A stretch of DNA of 63,516 nt, the filler included, from Octopus bimaculoides (lineage: Eukaryota): the NCBI RefSeq assembly GCF_001194135.2. It is 5 parts of 5 records of this genome, joined end to end, with 100 filler letters (N's around TTAATTAATTAA, not from the genome) between each part and the next. Parts side by side here need not be neighbours in the genome. Positions count along the whole stretch, not along the records: positions 34,661 to 51,402 come from NC_068983.1; 4 more parts are not named here. One strand, written 5' to 3'. Made by a program: the position numbers and the translations under genes. Below the pieces are notes generated by a model. That model had not been told where the DNA came from. It worked only from the letters and a program-made list of their open reading frames with translations, and did no database searches. This document shows positions 36,106 through 50,600 of the stretch, in pieces; the first letter of the stretch is position 1, and every line of letters begins with the position of its first letter.

Positions 36106-36354
36106 CAGTGCTACTCAAAGTGGTGGTCTGTGGACCATTGCCAGTCTGTAAGCCATCAGCTGTTGGTACGCATCGAGTTTCCAGAAAAGAAAGAAATATT
36201 ATAAAATACTTACATAATATTGTATTATTTGTTTACAAAATGAATATAAGATAAAAAAAATTGTCACCTTTTATTATATTCATTATATGTATTGTTTCTG
36301 GCACATGGAAAAAAAACTGCTGGTACACCACATCAAATAATTTGAGAAGCACTG
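36106..36354. mobile_element. hAT (Charlie-like) MITE inserted in the Tx1 ORF2
   Basis: TIR CAGTGCTACTCAAA/TTTGAGAAGCACTG (13/14); 8-bp TSD CTGTAGAT/CTGTAGGT (7/8). Confidence 0.85.
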
Positions 36355-39300
36355 CTGTAGGTGTCCAGTCTAATTTTTTGCTTTACACAGGACTGCAGTT
36401 CCATCAAGGAGACAAACTACAGAAATATATGCTTCACAAATGGTAGCTACACATATTTACATTCTAGGATTCATTGCAGTGCTTGTCTGTGCATCAGCAG
36501 CTACAGCATGCTTAAGCTATCATACAGAGGGTGCTGGTGGCAGACTAACCACCTGACAACTGCATTGTGTCCCTTCCACAAGAAACTGAATTGCAGATGC
36601 TCTAACCTGTTCAGGAACAGCTTCCTCTCTACCCCTTTTTGGGTAAGACTGTTCACCCAGTTCATACCTCATCCCAGTTCTTATCCGCTAGGAAGTCAGA
36701 AGTGAACCAGATCCTGAGCAGTTTAACTGGACCATCAGTCCAGCATCCTACAATGCCATCTGATGGCATGAACTTGCCTCTCTCGGTGCCCAGCTGACTT
36801 GTCCTTGGCTCCTGTCACTGACTCATATTCCTTTAGAATGATGCTGATTGTCTCCACTTCAGAGGACCCTTGTATGCTCACATTACCCTCCCAGTTCAAG
36901 AGGGATGTCCCTCAACTGTTCCAATTTCTGTGGTAGTGGCTTGAGAGCCAGTATGTACAGAAGAGACAAGAGTGGGCTACCCTGATAGACTATGATGTAT
37001 CAGATACATCAGATAGATGTATCTGATACTGAATGGTTCCAATAGGTGGCCATTTATTTTGACCACTGAGCATGTACTGTTGTGCATTGCAGCAATTCAA
37101 CGTCTGAAAATGGTACTGAGCCCAGGCAATTTTAGGATGGTTTCCAAGTAACAATGTTTGACCTTGTTAAGCCCTTTCAACTGATCCAGATTGGTCAGAG
37201 CCCCACCGAAGTCAGCTTTGTTTTACATAAGGTGGAGATTGTTGTAGATAGACCTGTTCAGGATCATGCATGTTTTCACTTCCCTGCCCAAACTACCAAC
37301 AAGTGTCAACCGTTTCAAAAATACCTTGGTTAAAATCTTAAACTTGGTGTTTAGCAGTTGGGCTGAAAATGGTCTAGTACATCTCTTTTCACAGTATCCT
37401 TTTTCAGTAGCATTACCACTTCCCAGCTAACAGCACTAGGAAATCTTCCTTTCTGCTGCCAGTTACAGTACATATCTGCCAAGACGTTACCAAACAAATC
37501 TGGCATGCACTTGTAGGGCAGACTAACCAGACCAGGTGATTTGTGCCTTGTGCAACCACTTATTGTGTCCCATATTTCAGCAGCCATTATCAGCTTTTTG
37601 TAGAACTTTGCTTGTACTGTGAAGAACTACATCAACCCATCCAGGTATGAGCTAAGTCCACTACCATTGTTGACCCATCACCCTCTTCAAACAGTCTTGC
37701 AAACTTCACATGTCTGCTTGGAACAGAGTAGTATGTACCTGTTCTAGTGAAAAACCTGTTCATGGTATTGTTACCACATTTTGTCTCCACCATTTGGGCT
37801 CATTGGTCAGTTTTAGTTTCTTTGCATTTGACCATCTGAACCTTGGCTTTCATGTTTCCCATTGACAAAATGGTCCTGGGTCATTCTCGTTGCTATCATG
37901 CTGGTTGCAATGCCTTTACTAATCACTTTTTCTAGGTTGCGAATTAGTTCTCCCTCTAATATATTTCTTTTCTATTGCTAGCTCTTTGCTGATCATGATT
38001 CTGCTCTAATCTCCATTTTCAAGGTATCCCACCACTTCACAGTACCCCAATAAACTGCTGCTTAACTGTTTCACTAATCTGGTACCTCTAGTCTTTGCAT
38101 GCTGATAAGAATGCAATCAACTTCCAGTAACTGGGTCACTGTCTATGCATTCTAGCTAAATCAACTCAGCAGTTGATGCTATTCCTATTCACTATTCCTA
38201 TCTAGATATGATCTGGATGACCTGCTGTTGTTACTTCATGTCCATACTGGCACCTGTTGGACAGCTGGAAATTTCTGAGCAGATTTCAAGGGTTTTGCAC
38301 CCCCTTTGGCTGTGAGCTACCTATGCACAGTCATTCTATGCATCCAAAATACATTTCCCATTCCCAACTAGTAGTAGTGATTGGGACATCCCTAGCAATG
38401 CTAGTAGAAGTCGGAAGAAATTTGGTTTTCCAACCCTTGTTGGGGAATGAACATCCACCACTCTAAAGATACCACTTTTACTGCTACTTACATCTATAAC
38501 AACCAACTTACTGTCTGGTTCCAAGGAGATTCCCTGTACCTTGAGATGTAAAGATTTCCAGAATAGCACTGCTTCTCTGCCAAAAATGGCACCAGTGCAT
38601 GCACTCCAGATATCTTCATCTCACTGACAGCTACCACATCAATGTCAAGTGACCTGTGATTGTTGAGCAAGTGATTTTGCTTCCAAGTCATGCATATTCA
38701 TGCACCCCACTCTCAGAACAGCTCAGCATGTTGAAGAAAGAAAAGAGAAAGTTACTTACTTTGGTCTTTAAACCTCTCTTCGGACAAATGTTTCCCGAAA
38801 GGCTCTTCTAAAAGTCTTTGATGAATTATTCTATTGAAAATACCCACACTAGATGGGAATTTTTCAAAGAATGATTTATAGATGTCTAATTATGTTTTTA
38901 TCAAAAACCTGTCTTTCAGTGTTTTAAGGATGAATTCCACAAATTCCTCTCTCTCTATCCAAATCTTGTTTTTCACATGAATTAAGTATTCCATAAATTC
39001 ACTTTTGTTTTTATTTACAACAGTGAAGTTGGTGGGGTTTGTTTCTTTGCAGGTTGATTTTTTTTGTTATTTTGATTTTGCTGTTTCAGCTTTGGCTGTT
39101 GTGTTGTGTGTCTTTTATTATTGTTGTTGGTGGTGATAGTGGTGGTGGAGATGTTGTGAATTGGGCTGCTGTTGTGGGTTTTTGTTGTATCTGTGGTGTG
39201 GAGCTATGTATCCTTCTCCTTTTTCACCTTTCTCCCTTTGGTGATTGATTGCCATGTTTCAGCCTAGAATTGATGGGAGATGGGGATGTTTGGTCAGAAT

Positions 39301-40424
39301 GTGTGATATGTTTTTTCTTGAATTGTTTTTGTCTGTGTCTGTGTTGGTTTGGGGAGTAGGGAGTTTGGGAGGAGCTTGCTCTTCTGTGGGAGCCTGGAAT
39401 AAAGTTCTTTGATATTTTGGCAATGGTTTTGGTGCAAGAGTTCTCAACTGCTCTTTTGTTTTGCAGTTAGTGTTGATGTGGTTGTGGTGTTGGCAGTTTT
39501 TATTTTCTTTAACAGAGGTCTGAAGGCCTTTTGATGAGTGGTACTTTCACAGGCCTAGCATTTTGCCTTTCTGCTTTCTTATGAGCTCCAGACCCACCAT
39601 ATAAAAAGAGCAGGGAGTTTTTTAAAATGTTCTACTCTGAGCTGCATTTTTACCTCTGGACGATGATGATCACTAATCAGTTTTCTCTAGGGGCTGATTT
39701 CATGGTGAGTATGTCACTATATTTATCCAGTATCATCCCAAAATAGTGGATATTTAGCTCTAGCAGTACATTTGAAAAGGTCACCTTATTCACACATCTC
39801 CCTAGACAGGCAGAAATTAAAATATGCTCTTCTGTGGAACAAGTGTGAATGACAATTTACTGAGCCTCCTCTTCATGATGACAATAGCCATCAATTAATC
39901 AAAATCTCTCCACAGATGTTATATCAAACTCAACCATTTTTCAATTTCAAGCATTTCTCTGCCTGTACTAGTGTAGGATTTTTCTATTTTCCTTGTCTTC
40001 TTATTAAGGTATCAATAGTTCATGTTTTTTTGGGGAGTGAGTTTCAGTCTGTCTTTTTAAGCTGGTGGTATTACAGGGATTGTGTGTTTCACCTGGTATC
40101 TTCTATTATCTTTTCCAAAATTACAATTGAGGATATGTTCTACATATCTTTGCTTGGTGATTTTAGTAAAAAATGTGTTGTAGTTTTCTAAGTTGAAATT
40201 AAAATTTTTTGCATGTTTTCCATTCATCTTTAATGTTATACTTGTTGTTGGTGTTGCTGTTACTTTCACTATCATCTATTTTGACAGTATTACTGCTTCT
40301 CCTGTGCACATTTTTTCATTGCACTCTTGTAACACTGCTCTGTCTCTCTTCTCTCATCAACGTACATGTCTGTCTTGTCTGTTACTTTCTCCATAAAAAG
40401 AGAAAATAAAATCTTGATAACAGT

Positions 40425-43400
40425 TGTTGTTAGCTGTTTGTTGTAGGTTGGTGCTGACTGTTCTTGTTCAGAAATCATTTCTGGCGGGCTTGTATGTGGG
40501 CTACAAGGCCTGCTTTTGATCTTCAGTTGCAATGACATCTGCTACAGGTGAGGTTACTTAACACAGTGGAGAAGTGATGCTGTTGTCATGTGCTCTTTTA
40601 TATTCTCTCTGTTGTTTCTCCTCAATAGTTGTAATTATGAGCTTCACTGATTGGTGCCATTATCATGCTGCTGGGTTTTCTATTCCCAGGTGTCTGGGGA
40701 GGTGCCAAAGCAAAGTTCTTCTTATGCCCCTTCAGGACATCCCGGTATTGCAGCCTCTGGCCACCATGGCTCCTCCTGTCTTGACACAGTTAAGCATAGA
40801 AAACTGGTTTTGAGAGCTTGCCACTGTCCATCCTGCAAATATGTTCCACCTAGCTCAGCTGCCATGCAATGGGGATTGAGGACCTCCACACTAACTGTGC
40901 CAATGCATCACAGGACCTCTACATCAGGAATGCAATCCTGGCATCTGATATGCAAGATAGAGCATGGATGGTAAAATTGAACTTGTGTCATGGTCTTGAT
41001 GTTCCTGTGGTAGAGGGTCATGCATTCTGTGGTGTAGAGGAGACAAGGGGGCACTGCAGCACTGTACACCTTTACCTTATTTGTTTTGGGCAATGTCATG
41101 GTAGCATCCATAGATACTTCTCAAGAGAGGCAAAGGCCTTTGTGGCAGACTGTATTTACCTCTCAACTTCAAAATCAGATGATTTAGTACAAGTTACTGC
41201 ACTGCAGAGATAGGTAAAGGCCTTAATGTACTTCAGGGGCTCTCCATGTACTGTCACTGGCCTGGGCTCTCTTGATCTATTCAAACATCTTTGTGAGAGC
41301 TGGTAGAGCAGTTCAGTATTCAAAGTGTTGATCTTGAGACCAAGCATGTCTTCTACACAAGAGAACCAGTTCACAGTGTGTTGCATATCCTCAATGTTGT
41401 TGGTTATGAGTACTGAGTTGTCTGCATAGAACAACTCTCTAACACATATTTCTCTGATTTTAGTGGAGGCATGAAGACAAGTTGAAGAGCTTCCCATCTG
41501 TTCTGATGCAGATGAAATTCCCTTTGTGCAAACTGCCCCTCATGGTGTCATGCACAGCTGTGAAGCAAAGAGAGAAGAGTGTAAAGCAAACATGCTTCAC
41601 ACCATGGTTGACTGCAGATGCTTCATTAAATTCTCCATTAACTGAGACTAACCATTTCATTCCTGTGTGGAACTACTTGATAATGTTAACAAGCTTCTCA
41701 GGGCATCTAATAAGTCTCCATCACTTTCCAAAGAGTTTCTCAGTCCACCTTGTCAAATGGCTTAGAAAAGTCCACTAACACTATGAAGAAGGGTTGGTGT
41801 TGCTCTGCTGTTTTCTCCTGTAGTTGTTGCAACTACAGAATGTCTATAGCTGATCTCCCTGGCATGAAGCCACATTGACTCTCTGGTAAGACCTTCTTTG
41901 AGATGTTTTTCAAGTGGTTGAGAATAATTTTCACAAGCATTTTGCCAGCAATGGCCCATGGAGGAATGCACCTGGGGTTCTCACATTTTGCTTGATTCTC
42001 CTTCTTTTTTGTAAATGGTGACTACCAGGACATCCTTGAAGTCCTGAGGTACATACTCTTTAGAACGATAAATCTGTTTAACACCTTCAAGAGCTCATTT
42101 CAGAGTTTCTTCCCACCCTTTTTTTGAGCACATATGAGAGAATATCATCCAAGCCTAGTGCTTTGCAATTTGCTGTTGCCTTTAAGGCTTTCTCCAGCTC
42201 CTGCATGGTTATTTTATGATAGAGGTCATCTTGTCTCTGGTGCCACTCTAGCCATTTGCAGAGGTCTGGTTTGATGGATTCTTGCTGATTGAGCAGATTA
42301 TAGAAATATACCTTCCACCTAGCTTTGATCTTCTGGATGTCAGTGTGCAGTTTGCTTTTGTCTGCTGACTTGAGTGGTGCTACTGCATTGCTCCGGAGCC
42401 ATAAATTGCTTTCAGTCCCATACACAGCCTATGGTAGTCACGCTTGTCAACTACACTTTACAAAGCTTCTCCCTGCTTGCAATTCCAGTTATTCAGTGAT
42501 ATCACTTCTCTCTTTATTTTGGACTTGATTTCAGCAAAAGTGACCCTGCTCTTCTCTGAGTTTTCCTGCAGATGTTGCTAGTGCAGGCATTGCTTGCCAT
42601 TTAGTAATTTCTGGATTTCCTCTCTGTGCTTCTAGAACCAATTGGGTGTTTTATGCTGAGAGGGCTTTAGGGTCACCTCAACAGCAAAGGAGTCTGCCTT
42701 CTTTAACACCTGCCAATGTTCTTCAATGCCATCCATCCAATCCATCTGAGCTAATTGTCGTACCCTTGACTGCAGCTGTAATGGCAATAGTCAGTCTTGG
42801 ACAGTGTTCCTCATTTGCTAGCTTGCTGGAAGTTGAACATCTCTGGCTTTTTGCTGGTTGAGGTCTTTCTCTGGGGCAGAGTGATCCTGAGTCTCATTTG
42901 ACTCCTTGTGAGATAGTGATCAGTTAAGCATTCTGCTCATGCACAGGATCTCCTGTAGCCCAGTCTTCCAGGTAATGATGTAGTCCAACAGATGATAGTA
43001 GTGAAACCAAAGGGGTTTCTATGTGAAATAATTTTTGTCAGGTTGATCAAAGAATGTATTGGTTACAAAGAGCTCCTGCTGTGCACTGAAGTTCAGCAGG
43101 TTTCCATTGGAGTTCTTTTTGCTTTTGCCAAACTTGCCAATGATGCCTGCATATTTCTTACAATCTTCTCCCACCCTGGCATTGAAGTCACCTATAATCA
43201 GCAACTTGTCTTGGTGGGGAACCTTGCCTACAATCCTTGTCAGTTCTTAGTAGAATGCCTCTTTCTCCTATGGCTAGGTCATTGTTAGGGCATACGTATT
43301 GCCAAGGATCAGGTGTTGGTTATTCACAATTGGTATCTGTAGGGTCATCATCTTCTCTGAGGTGGCTGATGGGAAGAAAGGTAGCCTTTTGGCCTATGTA

Positions 43401-44260
43401 ACCCTCCTCTTGCAATTGGTTCTGCCCTTCAATCTTGATCTCTTGAAGAGCAGCAATGCTTACACCATACCAATGCATTTGTTTTTGTTTTTTTTTCAGT
43501 CAGGGCTGTTGTTTATTTGGGTGTGAAGTTTTCATTAAGTATAGTGTGCAAGTTCCATGTTGATACTGTTACCTTCATCTTAATTGGTGCTACTGCATTG
43601 CTCCTGGGCTATAGATGGCTTTCAGTTCCATAAACAGCCCATAATAGTTGTACTTGAAGTAAATCCTACTGACTACAGTGAACCACCCAAGTTTTGTTCT
43701 GAGCATGCTTTCTTTACCCCACCTTTTTTTATGGGGCTTCCCCTTCTAGAGCAGGCAGTGCTCCCTGAAAAGGGCTACCCAGACATACTGCTGTCTCAAC
43801 TTCCTGGTACTTAGCATTCAGCACTGACTGCGATAATCAGGAGTGAGCTTCTTGTGTGCAGGACTCTTGTTAGCAGTTTCCAGTTACTTTCACCTACTAC
43901 TGTTACATTCACTCTATTACCATAGAGTTTCTCACTTCTCTGAACAAAACACCTTGGCGTCATCCCCCCACCAAACTGCCTTTCTGGGCTTCCACACCAG
44001 GTTCCAAGTGGTTGACAATGGGGTTACTCTGCAGTAACAGCTGACTTACTAGTTGATGCCCAACCATTGTCTGATGGTACAGATCTGCTTGGCCTCAATA
44101 ACCTTCAAGCCATTGATTTAGGACTCCTCCACCTTGTTGAATATTCAACATCATATTGCTGACATCTTCATCATACCCCTGGTATGGGAGGCTAAGGGGT
44201 TGCTAGCACTGGCCCAAGGTGTCACCTCTGTCTATGAATGGAAAAGGTGACTTACTCTCT
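40425..44260 (-). mobile_element. Near full-length decayed RTE LINE
   Basis: STWNLHT.., IIGDFNARVG (APE), KALGLDDI, HGVKHVC..LFS, ELFYADN, CLLYTTEC, terminal zinc-finger remnant and (CAA)-like tail near 40425. 5' end approximate. Confidence 0.9.
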
Positions 44261-45076
44261 TTTTTTACGATCTATCACCGATGTGAGTGCTGTACCTTCC
44301 ATACCATAATAATAGTAGAATTTAAATCAGGTCCTCCCACTCCACCCTAAAAAAGGGCATTAATATTGAAAAATCTCACCAGTAGTCTACAATTAACTTT
44401 CTTACTACAATGCTGCAAGACTTAAAACTGAATACAGGATTAAAACATTGCTTTTACAAATTTTCTGGAGCTGAAGCTAAGTCTGGCTTTCCAGAATATC
44501 AGCCAAAATAATGATAATAGTAATAATAATAAGCAGCTGTCAAAAGTGCAAAAGAAAAAAGAATGAAATGGGAAAAAAAAGTAAACAGAATAGTAATAGA
44601 ATGCTGGCTGAGAAGTGAACCAAATAAAAGAGGCTTTATTAATCAAATGAAGAGAATATGGGATGAAAATGGAGGTTTTGAAGCATCCTCCCAGTGACCG
44701 ATAGAGTAAGCAGGTGTAATCTGTAGAAACAACTGGATTACGGGAGTACAGATTGAAGAAATTCAGAGAAACATAATCAAAAAAGAGCAGAAGGAGAGTG
44801 AAACAGCAGTAGCAGAAAGTCGTAATGAAGGAGTAAGAGATGAAGAACATGAAACAGATGGAAACCACAGAGTACCAGAGAATACTGATAAAGTAACTAA
44901 TGAAGATGATCTAGATGGACAAGTGACAGTAAGTACTGTACAAGACTTGAATGATGAAGAGAAGGAAATTTAAGAAATATTGTGAGGTAAAATGATTGAT
45001 GGGAACAATGAAGTACCACCAAATGTAAGATATATGAACAGAAAACAAGTAAGGAATGCCACAGGCATTGATTTAA

Positions 45077-47618
45077 CACTTTTGATACCAACCCAGCCAT
45101 AGCCGACAAAAAAATTTTGGGTTCAAACAACCAACCTGGCTGTAGCTGGCTCAGGGTACCCATTGTTATTTAAATGTGAATTTGAACACAAATCTCATTA
45201 GTACATTTGTAATAACACGTGATTTCACTTTGTCAATAATTGAGTTGTTATATCCGACATTGTTTGATGTGATATCTGAACTCAGTGAGTTTTGGGAGAT
45301 TTTTTCTGTGTCAATGTTTTTCAACTTCGAAAATGGATAAGAAGTTTCATGCTATCAAGCAGTGATTCTGAATTTGAAGGTTTTTCAACAGAAGATATGG
45401 AGATATTGAGAAAAAGAATGAATGAAGTACAAAAGCATGTGGTGTACGAGAATGGATAAAATATTTCTGTATCTGAAACTGAAAGCAGTGATTCTGAAGA
45501 AACTGAAAACAGCGATAGCGACAGCGAGGGTGATTTTACATCGGAATGGAGTAAAAAGTTTTAAAATATTTTTATTAACAATTTTTCTGAGGAAACAGGG
45601 TCTACCCATAGTCTTTCTCAGGAAGTGAAACCATTAGACTTTTTTTCCTTATTTTTTCCAGTATGCTTGTTTGAAGCCATCACTGTGGAAACAAACCATT
45701 ATACAGAATATAAAAAAACTGGAAAAAAAGATGGCTTGTGGTTTCCCACAACTGTAGAAGAAATATGGGCATTTTTTGTCATAAATATTATTATGGGTAT
45801 AAATTACTGGAGCAATCAGGAACCTTTTGGCAGTCAGTACATTTCCAGTATTATGTCACAAATATGATTTGTGAAACTGAACCTGTATTTACATGTGAGA
45901 GACACTAGCAGTACCCCAGTATGTGGAGAACCAAACTTTGATCACTTATTTAAAATAAGACTCCTCATCAACTTCATTCAAAAGGCATATAAAATACTTT
46001 ACAACCCTGAGAGCTACTTATCTGTTGATGAGGGCATGGTGGAGTATAAAGGAAGGGTACGCTTCTAACAGTATATGCCAGTAAAGCCCACGAAGTAAAG
46101 GATCAAAGTTTGAAAAATTTGTGAAGCAAATTCTGGGTACCTCTGTGCATTTAGTTTTTATACTGGGAAAAGAGACAATAATGTTAATCAGCATGGCCTA
46201 GAGTATGATATGGTCTGGAATTTATCACTTCCATACTATAAACCAGGGCCATATATTGTTTTTTGACCGATTCTTTTTAGTTCGGTCAAACTTGCGGTGG
46301 ATTTAGAAGCTGTGACAATGTATACATGTGCTACAGTAATTGCTAGTAGAAAAGGGCTGCCGTTGGATATTAAAAAAAGCAAAATTTAAAAAAAGTGGTG
46401 AAATAATCCAACAGCAGAAAGTAAATCTGCTAACAACTGCATACAGAGATAAAAAGCAGATAAATTTTCTATCTACCGGTGCACAACTATGTGTACATGC
46501 AAATGGTACCCCGTTTATGAACCTTGATTATAACAGGTACATAGGCAGTATGGATTGATAGACCAGGTAATAAATGGTGGCGATACCTGGTTTGGTATAT
46601 AGTAAACATGGACATTGTAAATGCATTTATATTATATACCAAATCAGGAGGGGCTTGCAAGTGGTGTAACCATCTGCAGTTCTGAGCAGATGTAGCAATG
46701 CAGTTGAGGGCAGGCTATTCCTCCAAAAGAATAACTGCAGGATGGAAAAGCAAAACCTGCCAGAGAAATATCCTTCTGAGTTCAACTGATGTCCATAAAT
46801 TAGAAAAAATCGGGGGTCACAAAAAGTAGTGCTGTGAATGTTTGCATCAACAAAGAAAAACTCCCAGTGGACAGCCAGATGAATCTTCTTTCCAATGCTC
46901 ATTCTGCAAGGTTGCATTATGTAGAATAGGATGTTTTACAGCTTTCCATGATAGAAATATTGTGTGAATATTGTATATATGTATGATTAGAGTGTATAAA
47001 TATTTTTCAAATTTACTTCGTTTTTACTTTTTATTTGCTTGCAATTTTAATTAACCTGTAATTTTAATTTGCCTGTAAGTTGAGTTACAAGTTTTGATTT
47101 AATTTCTATTGTAAATCTTTATTACATATGTTCTTGTGTATTCATGTATGTGTGAGTATATATTTCATTTAGTTGATGTATTTAATTTTCTAGTTTTCTT
47201 CAAAAACAAATTCCAGTATTTCAGTTTACCTTTATGCTACACCTGTTGTTCTTTGCATTGAATTCAACTGATAATCTAGTGCTGTTCACAATTCTTCTAT
47301 ATTAAAATTTTTTTGCATACCCAATTGAATATTAGCTGATGACTCATTTTCTATGGTGATGCTTAAACAAAATTTTAATATTTTTATATTTTGCTCAGTT
47401 TACCTGTATTTACCTGTAATTAGAGTCACTTTGAGACAAAAGTTATGCAATAGAATTAAGAACCCTTTCTCCAGTTATGTTCTAGATATCACAATAATAT
47501 GTTGGTAAGTAAAAAGTTACAGCTGTTTAATGAAACTAGTCTAAATTCATGATTATTTTAGAATGTAATTGAAACTCACGAGGGGTGTATTTTGGTCAGA
47601 AATATAGTAACGAAAGTG
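45077..47618 (+). mobile_element. Complete decayed piggyBac transposon
   Basis: TTAA at 45073-45076 and 47619-47622; TIR CACTTTTGATAC vs CACTTTCGTTAC (10/12). Removing it restores the host frame I*TENICETNQLIIAAAN. Confidence 0.9.
45600..46967 (+). pseudogene. piggyBac transposase pseudogene
   Basis: PLDFFSLFF, PTTVEEI, LSVDEGMV (D1), FDRFF (D2), YNRYIGSMD (D3) and a C-terminal Cys-rich domain (C..C...CSFCKVALC..GCFTAFH); multiple stops. Confidence 0.9.
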
Positions 47619-50600
47619 TTAAACAGAAAACATCTGTGAAACAAACCAGCTAATCATAGCTGCTGCTAATGTCATAGCTAACATAGTAGGCTACAAGTGA
47701 AAAACTGAAGATATAAAAGCAAATGAAAAGAAAGAACCAAACTGGAGGAAGAGAATACAAATGAAGCTGGAAAAGACACAAAAGAACTGGGGCAAGTGAA
47801 TAGGATAATGAAAGGAGAACTCACAAATAAGGTAGTAATTAGAAAATTGTTAGAAAAAGTTAGAAGGGTAAACAAACAGCACATGCAAAATTGACACAAA
47901 GGGTGATAGCATTAGAGGCTAAATTGAAAAGATATGATGCTAGATGCAAAGTTTTCAAACAGAATAGACTGTTCCAATCAAATAGAAGGTGCCTATTTGA
48001 GGAAATAGAGGGAGGCCAACACCAGGAACTGATTCCAGATGTGGAAGAAAGTAAAGAATTTTGGGAAAGGCTATGGAACAGGCTAGCGAGACATAAAAAA
48101 AGCATGGAGTGGCTAAACAAAAGTAGAAAGATAACTTGCAACTGTACCAAGACAAAAGGATGTCAGAATTAATCTATATGTAGTGAGACAGAAGTTTTTT
48201 TAAAAATAGCAAATTGGAAGGGACTAGGCCTGGATGGAGTGCAAGATTATTGGTTGAAGAAATTTACACAGTTGCATGAAAGGGTTGCTGCACAACTGGA
48301 TGACTGCCTGCACCAGGGTCACATCCCTGACTGGATGACAAGTGGACAAATGCTGCTATGCCTCAAAGATCCCTTGAAAGAGAACTTGACATCAAATTTT
48401 CGACCTATAACCTGTTTACTACTAATGTGGAAGCTTATAACTGGTGTCTTGGAGGAAGAGTTATACAACCATCTAGAAAGTAACAATCCAGAAGAGCAGA
48501 AAGGATGCAGGAAACAAAGTAGGGCAACAAAAGATCACTTATTAGTTGATAAAATGATAATTAGAAATTGTAGACACAGATTGACAGGATTGAATGTAGC
48601 ATGGCTAGATTACAAAAGAAGCATATTACATGGTACCACACAGTTGGACAAGTAAAACAATGAGCATGTTTGGAATAGCAAAAAACATGGAGAAAATGCT
48701 TCCTGAAAAAGTATGAAATGTTGGAATACTGAATTGATTGAAAGAAACAATAACTTGGAAGTGTGAATATCAAATGTGGAATATTCCAAGGTGATAGCAT
48801 ATCTCCATTACTATTCATATTGGCCATGGCATCACTCACTATTATACTACGAAAAGTTAAAATTGCTTACAATTTGGGGAAAAGAAATGGTCAAATAAAT
48901 CATCCCTTTTTCATGGAGGGTATAAAGGTTTGTGAGAAAAATGAGGAACAGCTTGAAAGTCTTGTTGATACTATCTACATTTTCTCAAATGATATAGGTA
49001 TGGAATTTGGGATAGAAAATGTGCTATATTGGAAATGAAGAAAGAGGAAGATTTGAAAGAAACCAGGGAATTGAAATGCCAAATGGGCAAACAATGAGAA
49101 AGGTTTTGAAAAGACAGTACTATAAGTACTTGGGATACTGGACGTAGATGAGATAAAAAATGAAGAAATGAAGCAAATTACCAGAAGAGAGTACACAAGG
49201 GGAGTCAGAAAATTATTGCAGTGAAAGCTGAATTCTCAAAATCTTATTGAAACAATTAATTCAAGAGCAGCACCCTTAATCAGATATGAACTTGAAATTA
49301 TAGATTGGACCAGAAACGATATAAAGAAATTTGACAGAAAAACTAGGAAGTTGTTGATTATGTATGGAGCCCACCATCTAAAAGCTGATATCAGATGGCT
49401 GTACTTGGGGAGAGACCAGGGTGGAAGAGGTTTAACAGCAGGGGAAGAATGTGTACAGATTGAAAGAAAAAGTCTAGTAGCATATTGACAGAGCAGCACA
49501 GAAAATCTACTAAAAGAAAGAACAGGTGATGAAGCATGTAATAAGAAAAAAGGACAAGAATGAAATACAAAGAGAGCATGTCAGATCGAAGAGAAACCAC
49601 TGCATGGCCAATTTTGGAGAGCTAGTGAAGACTTATGTGGAACAAAAGCCTGGGTTTGGTTAAAAATTTGGCAATTAAAAAAAGAAACAGAGAACCTAAT
49701 TGTTGCAGCCCAAGATCAAGCAATAAAAACAACTTGAGAAAAATATATAGAGAGAGAAGGTGTCAGAAAAATGTAGAGCCTGTGGAACCTGGAACAAGGC
49801 AGTGCCACACACTGTGGCAGAATGTCCCAAGTTGGCACAGGAAGATTATAAGAAATGGGGGCACAACCAGGTTGTAAAAGTTTTACACTGGTAACTGTAC
49901 CAGAAATGGGGATTTGAAGCTGGAAATACATGGTACAATCACTAAGTCAAAAGAATACTAGAATCAGAGAAATGTATGATTCTGTGGGACTTTCCTCTTC
50001 AAACAGACAAGAAGTTAGAAAATAATAGACCACATATTACAATCATAGATAAGGAAAGCAAAGTTGCTTACTTATTGACCCATCATTCCTGTTTATTTCC
50101 ACGAATGTAAAGAAAGAGGAAGAAGAAAATACAGTCTCCTAAAATTTGAAATAGGAAGAATTTGGAGCATGTGAACAGTAAAAGTCGTGCCTATAGTAAT
50201 TAGTGCACTGGGAACAGTAAGCAAAGTATAGACTAAAGACGGAAGGAGATTGAAAGAGAATACCTGGTAGAGCTCCTACAGAAAGTTTGCCTCTTAGAGA
50301 CAGCAAGGATTATCTAAGCACTTGAAAGATTGCCAAAAAGGTGTGGATACCTAAGGTTACAGGTAGTAACCCAGTACCCACATAAATCCTACCAGGAATA
50401 AGACCAAACCTGGGCTTTGTTTCTACAATACTGAAAATACTAATAAGAAAGTAGTAATAATAATGGTGATGATTGTAGTAGTTGTCATAGTAGTAACAAT
50501 AAAATGGTGATGAAAATAGCAAGAAAAACAAATCAGAGAAGAAGCATGTCATAAGATGAACATTGGAGTAAGTGTATTGGTGTGGTATGGAGTAGATAGC

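Larger units (their letters stand above)
35030..40290 (-). mobile_element. Decayed near full-length Tx1/L1-clade LINE (ORF1 ~40280-38760, ORF2 ~38720-35480)
   Basis: APE start (SLDIDVVAVSEMK), KSPGL..LPY, QGSPLLSLLYILALKPL, a Tx1-like C-terminus (VFLCVVAKVKEAV...) and an eroded ORF1 knuckle near 39590. Many stops; boundaries approximate. Confidence 0.8.
44535..50440 (+). mobile_element. Dong/R4-type RLE non-LTR retrotransposon, decayed, interrupted by piggyBac
   Basis: N-terminal MKW..VNRIVIECW.., RT motifs NFRPITCL, EEQKGCRK, GIFQGDSISPLLF, CRAC..H..EC knuckle and NRPHI (RLE); TAA-rich sequence on both flanks. Confidence 0.9.

Noticed and set aside
44100-44260. HDV-like ribozyme at the RTE 5' end
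   Set aside because: An AGCCTCCC motif and a 7-bp stem are present, but I could not assemble the nested double pseudoknot by eye.
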